Assembly: GCF_024753565.1 (NCBI RefSeq)
Contig: NZ_JANTPT010000001.1
Coordinates: 1,659,336 to 1,691,335 of the forward strand
Length of the DNA stretch: 32,000 nt
Direction of reading: 5' to 3'
From: Mechercharimyces sp. CAU 1602
GTDB taxonomy: Bacteria; Bacillota; Bacilli; Thermoactinomycetales; JANTPT01
Part shown: positions 14,579 through 22,636 of the stretch, in pieces
Position numbering within the stretch: position 1 is the stretch's first letter
Layout of the letters: every line of letters begins with the position of its first letter
The notes under the pieces: generated by a model
Databases searched by the model: none
The model's input: only the letters and a program-made list of their open reading frames with translations
Told to the model about the DNA's origin: nothing
Program-made: the position numbers and the translations under genes

Positions 14579-16573
14579 TTATTCACCGGAAGCATTGCTT
14601 TTCCCACGAGGACCACGAGCCCCCCGAGGACCACGTGGTCCGGTAGGACCGGTCATCCCTGTCGCTCCTGTGGCTCCTCGTGGTGCAGGTCTTCCTAGCT
14701 TTAACACAAAAGCATCTGCGAACTGACTCTTATTTTCTGTCTGGAAAGCACCTGGTGTCGTAGGGAAATCCGTAGATAGTGTAAACCCAACCACAGCCAC
14801 CTGTTGATTTTTCTGAACAGCAATATCAATGCCAAAATCATTAGCATCACCACCATAGTAGGTGGAATAAGAAATACCTGTCCCGGCAAAACTCATCTGC
14901 GTAATAAAAGCATCGGCTGAGCCCCGCAAGCGATCTTGGAAGGCATCTGAGGTGAGTGGAAAATTAGCAGAGCGTGTCACTCCTGTTACCCACGCCCCCT
15001 CGAAAGCATCGATGGCAACCCCGGATCCCAGCTCCTCACCGCTTCCTCCCAGGTAGGTAGAGTAAACCTGCGCTGTCCCTGATCGATTCAATTTGCATAC
15101 ATACGCGGAGTTTACTCCTGGAAAGAGAGTCTGAAATGCACCACTGGTTACAGGGAAGTTCGTTGAAGACGTAGAGCCTACAATATATGCTTGATCGCCA
15201 CCATCTATAGCGATAGCACTAGCATCTTCAGCATCGCTTCCTCCCAAGTAAGTAGAGTACACCAGCCCTGAGCCATCTGGATTTAGTCTGGTTACAAAAG
15301 CATTTTGGGACCCTCGCAACTGCGTCTGAAATGCTCCTGACGTAACAGGGAAGTTCGTCGACCTGGATATCCCACTTACGAAGGCATTACCTTCGTTGTT
15401 AACAGCAATCGCTTCTCCTTGGTCCGATTGAGCTCCACCTAAAAATGTGGAATATCGTAACGCGCTCCCTGTTGCGTTTAATTTCGTTGCATATGCAGCT
15501 CCTCCACCTGGAAGTATCGTCTGAAATGCTCCTGAGGTAACCGGAAAATTAGGAGAGGTCGCAATCCCTGTAATATATGAATTCCCTTCGGCGTCAAGAG
15601 CGATATCTTCGCACGAATCAGGAAATTCTCCACCTAAGTAAGTGGAAAAAACAAGGGATGTCCCCTGACTATTAAGACGCGTAATAAAAGCACTCGTAAA
15701 ACCACCCACTGTCGTTTGAAATGCTCCCGACGTTATGGGGAAGTCTATCGAATCTGTAATACCTACTGCAACCGCTTCATCTCCATCAACGGCGATGCCT
15801 CTCCCTGTAGTGATGCAAATACCGCCCAAATACGTAGAGTATACAAGTGAACTACCCGTCTGATTTAGTTTACTAACAAAAGCACTTGACACACCACGAT
15901 TTACCGTTTGAAATGCCCCAGTAGTGACTGGGAAATCATCCGAATCGGTTACGCCCGTTACATAAGCATTGCCGCTGGTATCCACAGCGATCCCCATTCC
16001 GCCTGCTTGTAAATCAGAACCATCAAATCCACTTCCGCCTAGAAGTGTAGAGTAAAAAATAACGGGGTCGATCACAAGTGAGTAACGAGGGTCGTATTCA
16101 CCTACCTCAAAGCCAAGAGCGCCCCCCTCACTGACAACAAAACCTGCTTCAACCTCCACCTTCTTCCCTTCGATCCATTGGTAACTGTACGGTTTTTCTT
16201 CTTTTACTAACACCTGCTGTGTATGAAGAAACAAGTGACCGTCCTTATCCACTTCCATCTTGGTCGCACCCTCATACGTAAGTCGTACAGAACTTATCTC
16301 TGCTCCAGGACTTACAATGACATCGTACTTCAGCTGATCGCCTTGACGATAAAAAACCATATCCACACCAGGAACTATCTGCTCATAAACAGCTCGTTTT
16401 CCCTCATCTACTAACTTTACTCCTTTTCCCTTCGGCAACATCAGCCGCAGAAAAGGGGGGTAGCGAAGCTCCTCCTGCTGCACTCCTGACTGAATTAGTG
16501 AAAAGTTGACCTCGTTATGAACAAAATCTACTTTAACGTCGTTAACGTCCATCTCTTTGTTCGTAGTCTTCAT
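14579..16573 (-). CDS. SBBP-type seven-blade beta-propeller repeat protein with a C-terminal collagen-like (G-X-Y) tail (paralog A, 664 aa)
   Basis: The ATG at 16573 lies 9 nt after AAGGAG. Seven repeats of ~55-65 aa have the form A[VI]D..GNAY[VI]TG.T.S..FP[VI]T.GAFQT...G...AF[VI].[KR]LN..G..L.YSTYLGG. The N-terminal ~170 aa contain GVDMVFYRQGDQLKYDVIVSPGA, which resembles the domain commonly preceding SBBP propellers. The C-terminus reads GATGATGMTGPTGPRGPRGARGPRGKS. Confidence 0.85.
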   Translation of the reverse strand: MKTTNKEMDVNDVKVDFVHNEVNFSLIQSGVQQEELRYPPFLRLMLPKGKGVKLVDEGKRAVYEQIVPGVDMVFYRQGDQLKYDVIVSPGAEISSVRLTYEGATKMEVDKDGHLFLHTQQVLVKEEKPYSYQWIEGKKVEVEAGFVVSEGGALGFEVGEYDPRYSLVIDPVIFYSTLLGGSGFDGSDLQAGGMGIAVDTSGNAYVTGVTDSDDFPVTTGAFQTVNRGVSSAFVSKLNQTGSSLVYSTYLGGICITTGRGIAVDGDEAVAVGITDSIDFPITSGAFQTTVGGFTSAFITRLNSQGTSLVFSTYLGGEFPDSCEDIALDAEGNSYITGIATSPNFPVTSGAFQTILPGGGAAYATKLNATGSALRYSTFLGGAQSDQGEAIAVNNEGNAFVSGISRSTNFPVTSGAFQTQLRGSQNAFVTRLNPDGSGLVYSTYLGGSDAEDASAIAIDGGDQAYIVGSTSSTNFPVTSGAFQTLFPGVNSAYVCKLNRSGTAQVYSTYLGGSGEELGSGVAIDAFEGAWVTGVTRSANFPLTSDAFQDRLRGSADAFITQMSFAGTGISYSTYYGGDANDFGIDIAVQKNQQVAVVGFTLSTDFPTTPGAFQTENKSQFADAFVLKLGRPAPRGATGATGMTGPTGPRGPRGARGPRGKSNASGE
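14597..14677 (-). repeat. Collagen-like G-X-Y coding tract (9 triplets) at the 3' end of paralog A
   Basis: Decoded codon by codon from the minus strand: GAT GAT GMT GPT GPR GPR GAR GPR GKS, followed by NASGE and the stop. Confidence 0.85.
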
Positions 16574-16606
16574 TTCTCCTTCTCCTTTCTTCTCGAGGAT
16601 CTTCCC

Positions 16607-18829
16607 CTATGTCCCGCTAAACTCTCCACTCATTCCCCGTGGCCCACGTGCCCCTCTAGGCCCACGTGGCCCCCTTGGTCCTGTCGGACCTGTTGGACCT
16701 GTAGGTCCAGGAACTGCTACCGGTCCAATCTTAGAAGCAAAAGCATCGTTTGCTCCCTTCAGAACCGTTTGTACAGCAGCAAACGTAGTAGGAAAATCAG
16801 TTGAATTTGTTACTCCTGTCAAATAAGCATTGGTAGAACCATCAACTGCAATTCCTTCCCCTTCATCTTCGCCACTTCCTCCGAGGAAAGAAGAATACGA
16901 AATTCCCGTTCCTGCAAAACTAAACTGAGTAAAAAATGCATCCGCCAAACCGCGCAGATGAGCTTGGAATGCATCCGACGTGAGCGGGAAGTTGGTTGAG
17001 GAAGTTAATCCCGTCACATACGCATTACCAAAGGAATCAAGCGCCAGTGCATTTGCCCTATCATCTTGTGTCCCACCTAAAAAAGTGGAATAGAGCAACC
17101 CTCTCCCACTCGGATTTACCTTCGTAGCAAACGCATCCTCTGCACCCCCTATATTCACTTGAAACGCACCTTCACTAATTGGAAAATCGGGGGAATCCGT
17201 TACGCCGGCCACATATGCATTTCCACTTATATCTACACCAATGCCCGCCCCTTCGTCTTTCCCACTTCCTCCCAAATAAGTGGAGTAGACCAACGTACTC
17301 CCTTCCCCATTTACTTTAGCAACGAAGGCATCCGACACGCCTCCTTGATACGTACGCTCAAACGCACCCAAAGTAGTTGGAAAGTCGAGAGAGGATGTAA
17401 GTCCTGTAATATATGCATTCTGCTCGCCATCCAACACGATTGCCCTCGCTTCCTGCGTACCGCTTCCACCAATAAAACTAGCGTACAATAAGGATGTGCC
17501 TTGCGTGTTAATACCGGCTACAAATCCATCTTGGGTACCTCGAAACATTGTTTGGAATGCACCAGAAGTAACTGGGAAGTCACTTGAAGTCGTCGCTCCC
17601 GTCACATACGCCTGTTGATTTTCGTCAACCGCAATTCCATTCCCATCATCTTCCCCACTACCTCCCAGGTAAGTAGAATAAAGAAGGGAAGTGCCTGTTG
17701 AATTTAGTTTCGATATAAATGCAGACTTCACTCCCTGCAGTACACTTTGTACAGCATTTGCGGTAACTGGAAAGTTAGTCGATTCACTATTGCCAACAAT
17801 ATAAGCGTTGCCCTCTGTATCTACAACAACTCCTTTCCCATCATCTACCTTAGTACCGCCCAAATAAGTAGAGTAAAGAAGTCGCGAGCCGTTTCTGCTA
17901 AGTTTGGTAACAAATACATTTTCATCCCCTCGGATAGCCGTTTGAAAAGCCCCTGATGTAACAGGAAAATTAGTTGAATTGGTTTTCCCCGTTATATATG
18001 CTTCTCCCGCGCCATTGACAGCTATGGCCTTTCCCTCATCGTCTTCACTTCCTCCAATAAAGGTCGAGTAAAATACGACAGGATCAATCACTAGTGGAAG
18101 CTTTGGATCATAATTCCGCTCCGTTACAAAGCCTATATGATCTCCACGACGAACAAAACGAGTCGGTATTGTTCGCAGATGATGATCCTGCCACTGATAG
18201 CCGATCGGTTTTTTATCGCACCACACACCTGAGCCAGTTTGAATAGATAGATCTCCATTCTCCTCGATCGTCATCTTTTGCATTCCTGTAAATAAGAAAT
18301 TTACCTGCTCTAAATCAGCCCCAGGCTGAAGCACAACATCATATTTAATGCGATTTTCCTTCCCATACCAAACGATATCGATACCCGGCCAAACATGTTC
18401 ATACACAATCTCCCGATATCCCCAAACAGACTCCTCTCTCTTTCCTCTGTTCATGCTTATGGCGAACTTTTTGGCACGTCTCCCCCTCACACAAACAGCA
18501 GTAGATCTAGCTCCGAACAAAAGGGATAAACGATCCAATAATGGCTCTCCAGCTCTAAAAACAGCTTCTCCATAAAATAAATCTAGTGAATACCCACCTC
18601 CTGTAGCGTGATATGAGGTTGTTCTCCCCTCTCCTCTCCGTTGAAACCAGACTGATCCAACCCGCTCATGTCCATACTTTCGTACATTCCATTCTTGCTT
18701 CTTAATTCTTGTGTATCTTTTCCCCACAATCCCACATCCTTTCTTATAAATAGAATACGTTTTCACTCCTTTCTTCGTATCCGCAGGTGCGTGGATCTGA
18801 ACCCGAATTAAACACTTGCTCTCCATCAC
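16607..18829 (-). CDS. SBBP-type seven-blade beta-propeller repeat protein with a C-terminal collagen-like tail (paralog B, up to 740 aa; start uncertain)
   Basis: Seven SBBP-like blades, for example DTEGNAYIVGNSESTNFPVTANAVQ and DISGNAYVAGVTDSPDFPISEGAFQ. The N-terminal domain contains WPGIDIVWYGKENRIKYDVVLQPGA. The C-terminus reads GPTGPTGPTGPRGPRGPRGARGPRGMSGEF. The stop lies 33 nt upstream of the paralog A start, so the two are probably co-transcribed. The GTG at 18829 lies only 7 nt downstream of the upstream gene's terminator, and the GTG at 18727 follows AAAGGA. Confidence 0.8.
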   Translation of the reverse strand: MMESKCLIRVQIHAPADTKKGVKTYSIYKKGCGIVGKRYTRIKKQEWNVRKYGHERVGSVWFQRRGEGRTTSYHATGGGYSLDLFYGEAVFRAGEPLLDRLSLLFGARSTAVCVRGRRAKKFAISMNRGKREESVWGYREIVYEHVWPGIDIVWYGKENRIKYDVVLQPGADLEQVNFLFTGMQKMTIEENGDLSIQTGSGVWCDKKPIGYQWQDHHLRTIPTRFVRRGDHIGFVTERNYDPKLPLVIDPVVFYSTFIGGSEDDEGKAIAVNGAGEAYITGKTNSTNFPVTSGAFQTAIRGDENVFVTKLSRNGSRLLYSTYLGGTKVDDGKGVVVDTEGNAYIVGNSESTNFPVTANAVQSVLQGVKSAFISKLNSTGTSLLYSTYLGGSGEDDGNGIAVDENQQAYVTGATTSSDFPVTSGAFQTMFRGTQDGFVAGINTQGTSLLYASFIGGSGTQEARAIVLDGEQNAYITGLTSSLDFPTTLGAFERTYQGGVSDAFVAKVNGEGSTLVYSTYLGGSGKDEGAGIGVDISGNAYVAGVTDSPDFPISEGAFQVNIGGAEDAFATKVNPSGRGLLYSTFLGGTQDDRANALALDSFGNAYVTGLTSSTNFPLTSDAFQAHLRGLADAFFTQFSFAGTGISYSSFLGGSGEDEGEGIAVDGSTNAYLTGVTNSTDFPTTFAAVQTVLKGANDAFASKIGPVAVPGPTGPTGPTGPRGPRGPRGARGPRGMSGEFSGT
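16619..16708 (-). repeat. Collagen-like G-X-Y coding tract (10 triplets) at the 3' end of paralog B
   Basis: Decoded from the minus strand: GPT GPT GPT GPR GPR GPR GAR GPR GMS GEF, followed by SGT and the stop. Confidence 0.85.
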
Positions 18830-18835
18830 AAATTC

Positions 18836-18869
18836 TAAAAAAAGACGTGCCCGCTAATTCGGACACGTC
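18836..18869 (-). terminator. Rho-independent terminator after the NRDE-family gene
   Basis: Minus strand reads GACGTGTCCG-AATTAG-CGGGCACGTC (9 bp plus one mismatch), followed by TTTTTTT. It begins immediately after the stop at 18870. Confidence 0.75.
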
Positions 18870-19643
18870 CTACAATATCTCAATTTTATATAACTCTTCG
18901 CTAACTACACGCTCATCGGCATATGTTCGTTCGATAAATATAATTGCGTGCTGCTTCGTATCCACCCACAGCACCGTAGACGAGCGGGTCCCATAAGCTG
19001 GTAAACGTATAAAAAGAGGAGATAGCCCCCGTTCCACTTCCAATCCGACTCCCGTATGGGGAAGCTCATGATCTTCTGCTTGTTCACTTGAGGTAAGTAG
19101 TTGAAACAGAGCATCACAATCCGGTTGATCAGCACTTGCTGAAGGCATAAGTTCCTCTAGTTTCGCTCTTCCTTTTTCCACTTTGGGCCACGGTGTATTA
19201 AGAAAAGAATTACTTATTCCATGTATCCCTGGAGCGACGGATAACAACTCATTATGGCGATTAGAATAATACCACAAGTCATGCTGATTCCCCACTAAGA
19301 GATTAAACCCTTGATATCTATCCCTCACCGTTTGAATTTGAGCTAAATAAGATGGCGCGTCCAATGAACCACGCAAAAAATTTGCCACCAAATCTCCTCG
19401 TGATGCCTTCCCATTACGTGATTGATGAGGATCTCGATAATTGGTTACAGCTGCAAATTGCCCTTCCCGATTTATCCCTAACCAAGTGCCCCCCTTCACC
19501 AGATCACGTCCTGCTAACACATGGGGCGCATCTTTCCAAAAAGCTGCTTTCGCCGTAGGACGTTCAGTAAATTCATCACGATTAGAAGCCACAATGAGCG
19601 GAAACCGAGCATGCATCTGATAGGCGAACAAAATCGTACACAT
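18870..19643 (-). CDS. NRDE-family protein (DUF833 / TANGO2-like)
   Basis: MCTILFAY...LIVASNRDEF...GGTWLG...FAAVTNYR is the family signature, including the NRDE motif. I place the start at the ATG at 19643, preceded by GGAAAGGGGGA. The ORF-track start at 19790 would overlap the upstream gene by ~110 nt. Confidence 0.85.
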   Translation of the reverse strand: MCTILFAYQMHARFPLIVASNRDEFTERPTAKAAFWKDAPHVLAGRDLVKGGTWLGINREGQFAAVTNYRDPHQSRNGKASRGDLVANFLRGSLDAPSYLAQIQTVRDRYQGFNLLVGNQHDLWYYSNRHNELLSVAPGIHGISNSFLNTPWPKVEKGRAKLEELMPSASADQPDCDALFQLLTSSEQAEDHELPHTGVGLEVERGLSPLFIRLPAYGTRSSTVLWVDTKQHAIIFIERTYADERVVSEELYKIEIL

Positions 19644-19680
19644 CGATTTGTTCCCCCTTTCCTCTCTTGTTCTATGACAC

Positions 19681-20943
19681 TTATACCATACCACTCTCCG
19701 CTGCATGCTTACCCGCAGAAAAGCCGGTAGCAAAAGCAGCGGTAATATTGTATCCTCCCGTGTATCCATGGATGTCCAAAATCTCTCCACAAAAATAGAG
19801 TCCTTCCATTTGTTTCGACTCCAAGGTAGATGGGTTTATTTCCTTCAAATGAACCCCACCTCCAGTAATAAAAGCCCGCTCCAGCGGAAGCGTCCCACTA
19901 ATATCGAGCGGAAAGGCTTTAACCAACTGACAAAATGATAACCATTTCTTTTTAGAAAGATTAGCATAGGTCACATCTGGATCCACATCAGCTCGCTCCA
20001 GTAGGTAGAGGAGACCCCTTTCAGGCAACAGCGGTTTTAATACATTGCGAATCGCACGTTTCGATTCTTTATGTAAGCGACTTTCCCACTCTTGTTGCAA
20101 AGTAGTTAAGCTTATATCTGGAACCCAATCCAAGGTGATTCGCACAGGGGATGGCCTCTTCTTCTGTTCTTTCACCACAAATTGACTACATCGCAGCGCT
20201 ATCGGACCTGATATCCCAAAATGCGTAAATATCATGTCGCCGCGATGGGTCACAAGCTTTTTCCCCTTATGATTGAGAACTGCTAATTCAACCCCTCGTA
20301 GCGATAAGCCCTGTAACCTCTTTTCTTTAATAAAAAGCTCGTCCGAAGTAAGGGGAACCTCCGTCGGATATAGTTCCGTGATCGTGTGACCTACACTTTC
20401 TGCCCAGCCATAACCTTCCCCAGTCGATCCTGTTTTGGGAACTGACTTTCCTCCTACTGCAACGATTACTGCCGCCGCTAAACACTTTTCCCCATTTTCT
20501 AATTCCACACCCACCACTTGCTCCTGCTCCAACAGCAGACGAGCTACTGGTGATTGCAGACGAAAACGAACACCCTCTCTTCTCAATTTGCCTACCAATG
20601 CATCCACAACCGACTGCGCTTTATCCGTAACAGGAAACATGCGCCCTTCATCTTCTTCTTTTAAAGCCACCCCTAACTCTTCAAAAAAAGAAATGATGTC
20701 CTCATTATTAAAATTGGCGAAAGCGCTATATAAAAATCGTCCATTACCCGGAATATAACGAATCAATTCATCAATTGGTTTGCGGTTTGTAACATTACAG
20801 CGTCCTCCACCCGAGATCGCTAACTTACGACCTAGTTTCTCTCCCTTTTCAATAAGCAGCACCGAGGCTCCGTGTGTACTTGCAGCAGCTGCTGCCATCA
20901 AACCTGCAGGACCTCCGCCCACTACAATTACTTGTTTACTCAT
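19681..20943 (-). CDS. NAD(P)/FAD-dependent oxidoreductase, BaiN/HI0933 (YhiN-like) flavoprotein family
   Basis: [14 protein letters not shown] dinucleotide-binding motif, [11 protein letters not shown], and C-terminal [12 protein letters not shown], all typical of HI0933-like proteins. The start is the ATG at 20943, 7 nt after AAGGAG. Confidence 0.85.
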   Translation of the reverse strand: MSKQVIVVGGGPAGLMAAAAASTHGASVLLIEKGEKLGRKLAISGGGRCNVTNRKPIDELIRYIPGNGRFLYSAFANFNNEDIISFFEELGVALKEEDEGRMFPVTDKAQSVVDALVGKLRREGVRFRLQSPVARLLLEQEQVVGVELENGEKCLAAAVIVAVGGKSVPKTGSTGEGYGWAESVGHTITELYPTEVPLTSDELFIKEKRLQGLSLRGVELAVLNHKGKKLVTHRGDMIFTHFGISGPIALRCSQFVVKEQKKRPSPVRITLDWVPDISLTTLQQEWESRLHKESKRAIRNVLKPLLPERGLLYLLERADVDPDVTYANLSKKKWLSFCQLVKAFPLDISGTLPLERAFITGGGVHLKEINPSTLESKQMEGLYFCGEILDIHGYTGGYNITAAFATGFSAGKHAAESGMV

Positions 20944-20999
20944 CTTCATTCTCCTTGTCTTGTTCCATAACATTCACCCTTACTACCTGAAGCGATAAA

Positions 21000-21899
21000 C
21001 TACGTTTTAACCTTGTTACTTTCACCTACATTTACTGTTGCTACGCGATGAAGACCGAGCCTTCGCTGATATAAGGTGGCATTAATTTCTCCTCCGATTA
21101 AAATAATAAGTGCCATGAGAAAAAACCACATTAACAGCATCATCACTCCCCCTAAACTACCATAAATAGCCGAGTAGTTAGAAAAATATTGAAGATAATA
21201 AGAAAATCCAACAGAGATTAATTGCCACCCTATCGTTGCAAACAATGTGCCCCGTAAAAGTTTTGAGACGGGGATATTCTCATTAGGAGCAATCCAATAG
21301 ATCAAAAAAAGGACAATTGCCATCATGATTACCCCTACACCCCATCGCAATACATTATATACTGTCTGCCAAAGTGCAGGTTCTTGGACAAACATCTGTA
21401 CTTGGGGGAGAATAATTCTTCCGAATACAGGCAATGCCAAGGTAAACATAGTGAGCATCACCAATGCTACCGTGAGAGCAATCGAAAGAAAGCGTACATA
21501 AATAAAGTTTCTCGTCTCGACCACATTATACGCTTGGTTAAGAGTACGAATTAGACCATTTACAGCCTTAGAAGCTACCCATATCGTCAATAAAAAACTA
21601 AAAGAGATCACTCCACCACTTACCTGCACCGATTCCATCGTCCCGATAATTGCACTACTTACCTGTTGTGGAGCCATGTAGCGAAGCATACCCCACACTT
21701 GCTCCATATCCAATGAAAAGTAAGACAATAATGAGAGCAAGAAAATCAAGAGTGGAAAAATCGAAAATAAAAAATAAAAGGCGAGTGCCGCCGCTAAATC
21801 AAAAATTCCATCCTTCATCACTTGCTTCCACAAATGAAGGAGAAAAGGACTCTCTTTTTCAAAGGTAACCAGATTCTTGCGTGGCTTTGTCAGCGGCAT
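21000..21899 (-). CDS. YihY/BrkB-family integral membrane protein
   Basis: 299 aa with ~6 hydrophobic segments. Family-like blocks include AAALAFYFLFSIFPLLIF, YGSLGGVMMLLMWFF and LIGGEINA. Confidence 0.8.
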   Translation of the reverse strand: MPLTKPRKNLVTFEKESPFLLHLWKQVMKDGIFDLAAALAFYFLFSIFPLLIFLLSLLSYFSLDMEQVWGMLRYMAPQQVSSAIIGTMESVQVSGGVISFSFLLTIWVASKAVNGLIRTLNQAYNVVETRNFIYVRFLSIALTVALVMLTMFTLALPVFGRIILPQVQMFVQEPALWQTVYNVLRWGVGVIMMAIVLFLIYWIAPNENIPVSKLLRGTLFATIGWQLISVGFSYYLQYFSNYSAIYGSLGGVMMLLMWFFLMALIILIGGEINATLYQRRLGLHRVATVNVGESNKVKT

Positions 21900-21999
21900 G
21901 ATATCCTACGTCCTCTCTACTCTATCTGAACTTACTCCATTCCTATTTAAGCACAAGCACCCCTGTCTAGCAATGAAACCCACGCTCACCCAGCCTTTC

Positions 22000-22479
22000 T
22001 CACCACCCTCTTCTCACCCAATCGTTTGTAAAAGGCCTTGTAGTGGTAGGATGATGTTGGCGTTTTATCCCCCACGATTCTACTATGCTATACGCTGTAT
22101 TGGGGTCATACCCTTGCCCTAAGAGATAAGAGATAGCAGCTACTTCTCTTAACACCTGTTCCACCGAACAATAGGTAGCTTCATACAATCCATATTGCAC
22201 AAAAGGCTCCACCAACTTTAAAGGCACTTCAGGCGAAGCATCTTTTTTCCCTCTGGTTCCCCTCGTTGATGTAGGTGTACCCATACTTTCCATTTCTGAC
22301 GGTTTGGTCTCTTCTGGAGGTGACAATGTTCGATCACGAAACTCGATATTGTTCCCATGTGTAGCTGTCCACCCTTGTTGCTGCCACTCTTCTTGCGTAA
22401 CATATCTAGCATACTCATAGGGCTGACACCAAAAATCCCGCAACCACTCTCCTAGGTATTTCATCCCACTTTCCTTCAT
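22000..22479 (-). CDS. Hypothetical protein (159 aa), family not recognised
   Basis: The ORF has RBS-like AAGGAAAG just upstream of an internal ATG at 22464 (MKYLGEW...). It has a Trp/Tyr-rich N-terminal segment, a P/S/T/K/E-rich central linker, and a C-terminal YLLGQGYDPNTAYSIVESWG segment. No homology could be assigned from memory. Confidence 0.5.
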   Translation of the reverse strand: MKESGMKYLGEWLRDFWCQPYEYARYVTQEEWQQQGWTATHGNNIEFRDRTLSPPEETKPSEMESMGTPTSTRGTRGKKDASPEVPLKLVEPFVQYGLYEATYCSVEQVLREVAAISYLLGQGYDPNTAYSIVESWGIKRQHHPTTTRPFTNDWVRRGW

Positions 22480-22582
22480 TACGATGACATCCCTTCCGCT
22501 CAGTCTTATTGCACCTTACGTGAAGACCAGATGAACGGTTCATGTCATCCGCCCAAATGAGCTTGTTACAAGTGCCCACCCA

Positions 22583-22617
22583 TCATAAAACCCCTCGGCA
22601 AGAATCACCGAGGGGTT
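22583..22617 (-). terminator. Rho-independent terminator after asnB
   Basis: Minus strand reads AACCCCTCGG-tgattcttg-CCGAGGGGTT (10-bp GC-rich stem), followed by TTATGATG. Confidence 0.8.
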
Positions 22618-22636
22618 GTAAGTTTTATTCATTCCT

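Noticed and set aside
14466-14726. Plus-strand ORF translating PRGPRAPRGPRGPVGPV. A twin at 16557..16826 translates PRGPRAPLGPRGPLGPVGPVGPVGPG. Both look like collagen-like genes.
   Set aside because: They are the antisense reading of the G-X-Y tails of the two minus-strand SBBP genes; GGN/CCN codons read as Pro/Gly on both strands. They have no RBS and no sensible flanking protein sequence, and they overlap well-supported long ORFs.
9078-20973. N-terminal extensions implied by the ORF track for spoVR (10526), kynU (12635), kynA (13477), the NRDE protein (19790) and the flavoprotein (20973).
   Set aside because: In each case a downstream start codon has a properly spaced Shine-Dalgarno sequence. 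The downstream start removes overlaps with the upstream gene and begins where family-typical sequence begins (for example MCTILF for NRDE, and [14 protein letters not shown] for the flavoprotein).
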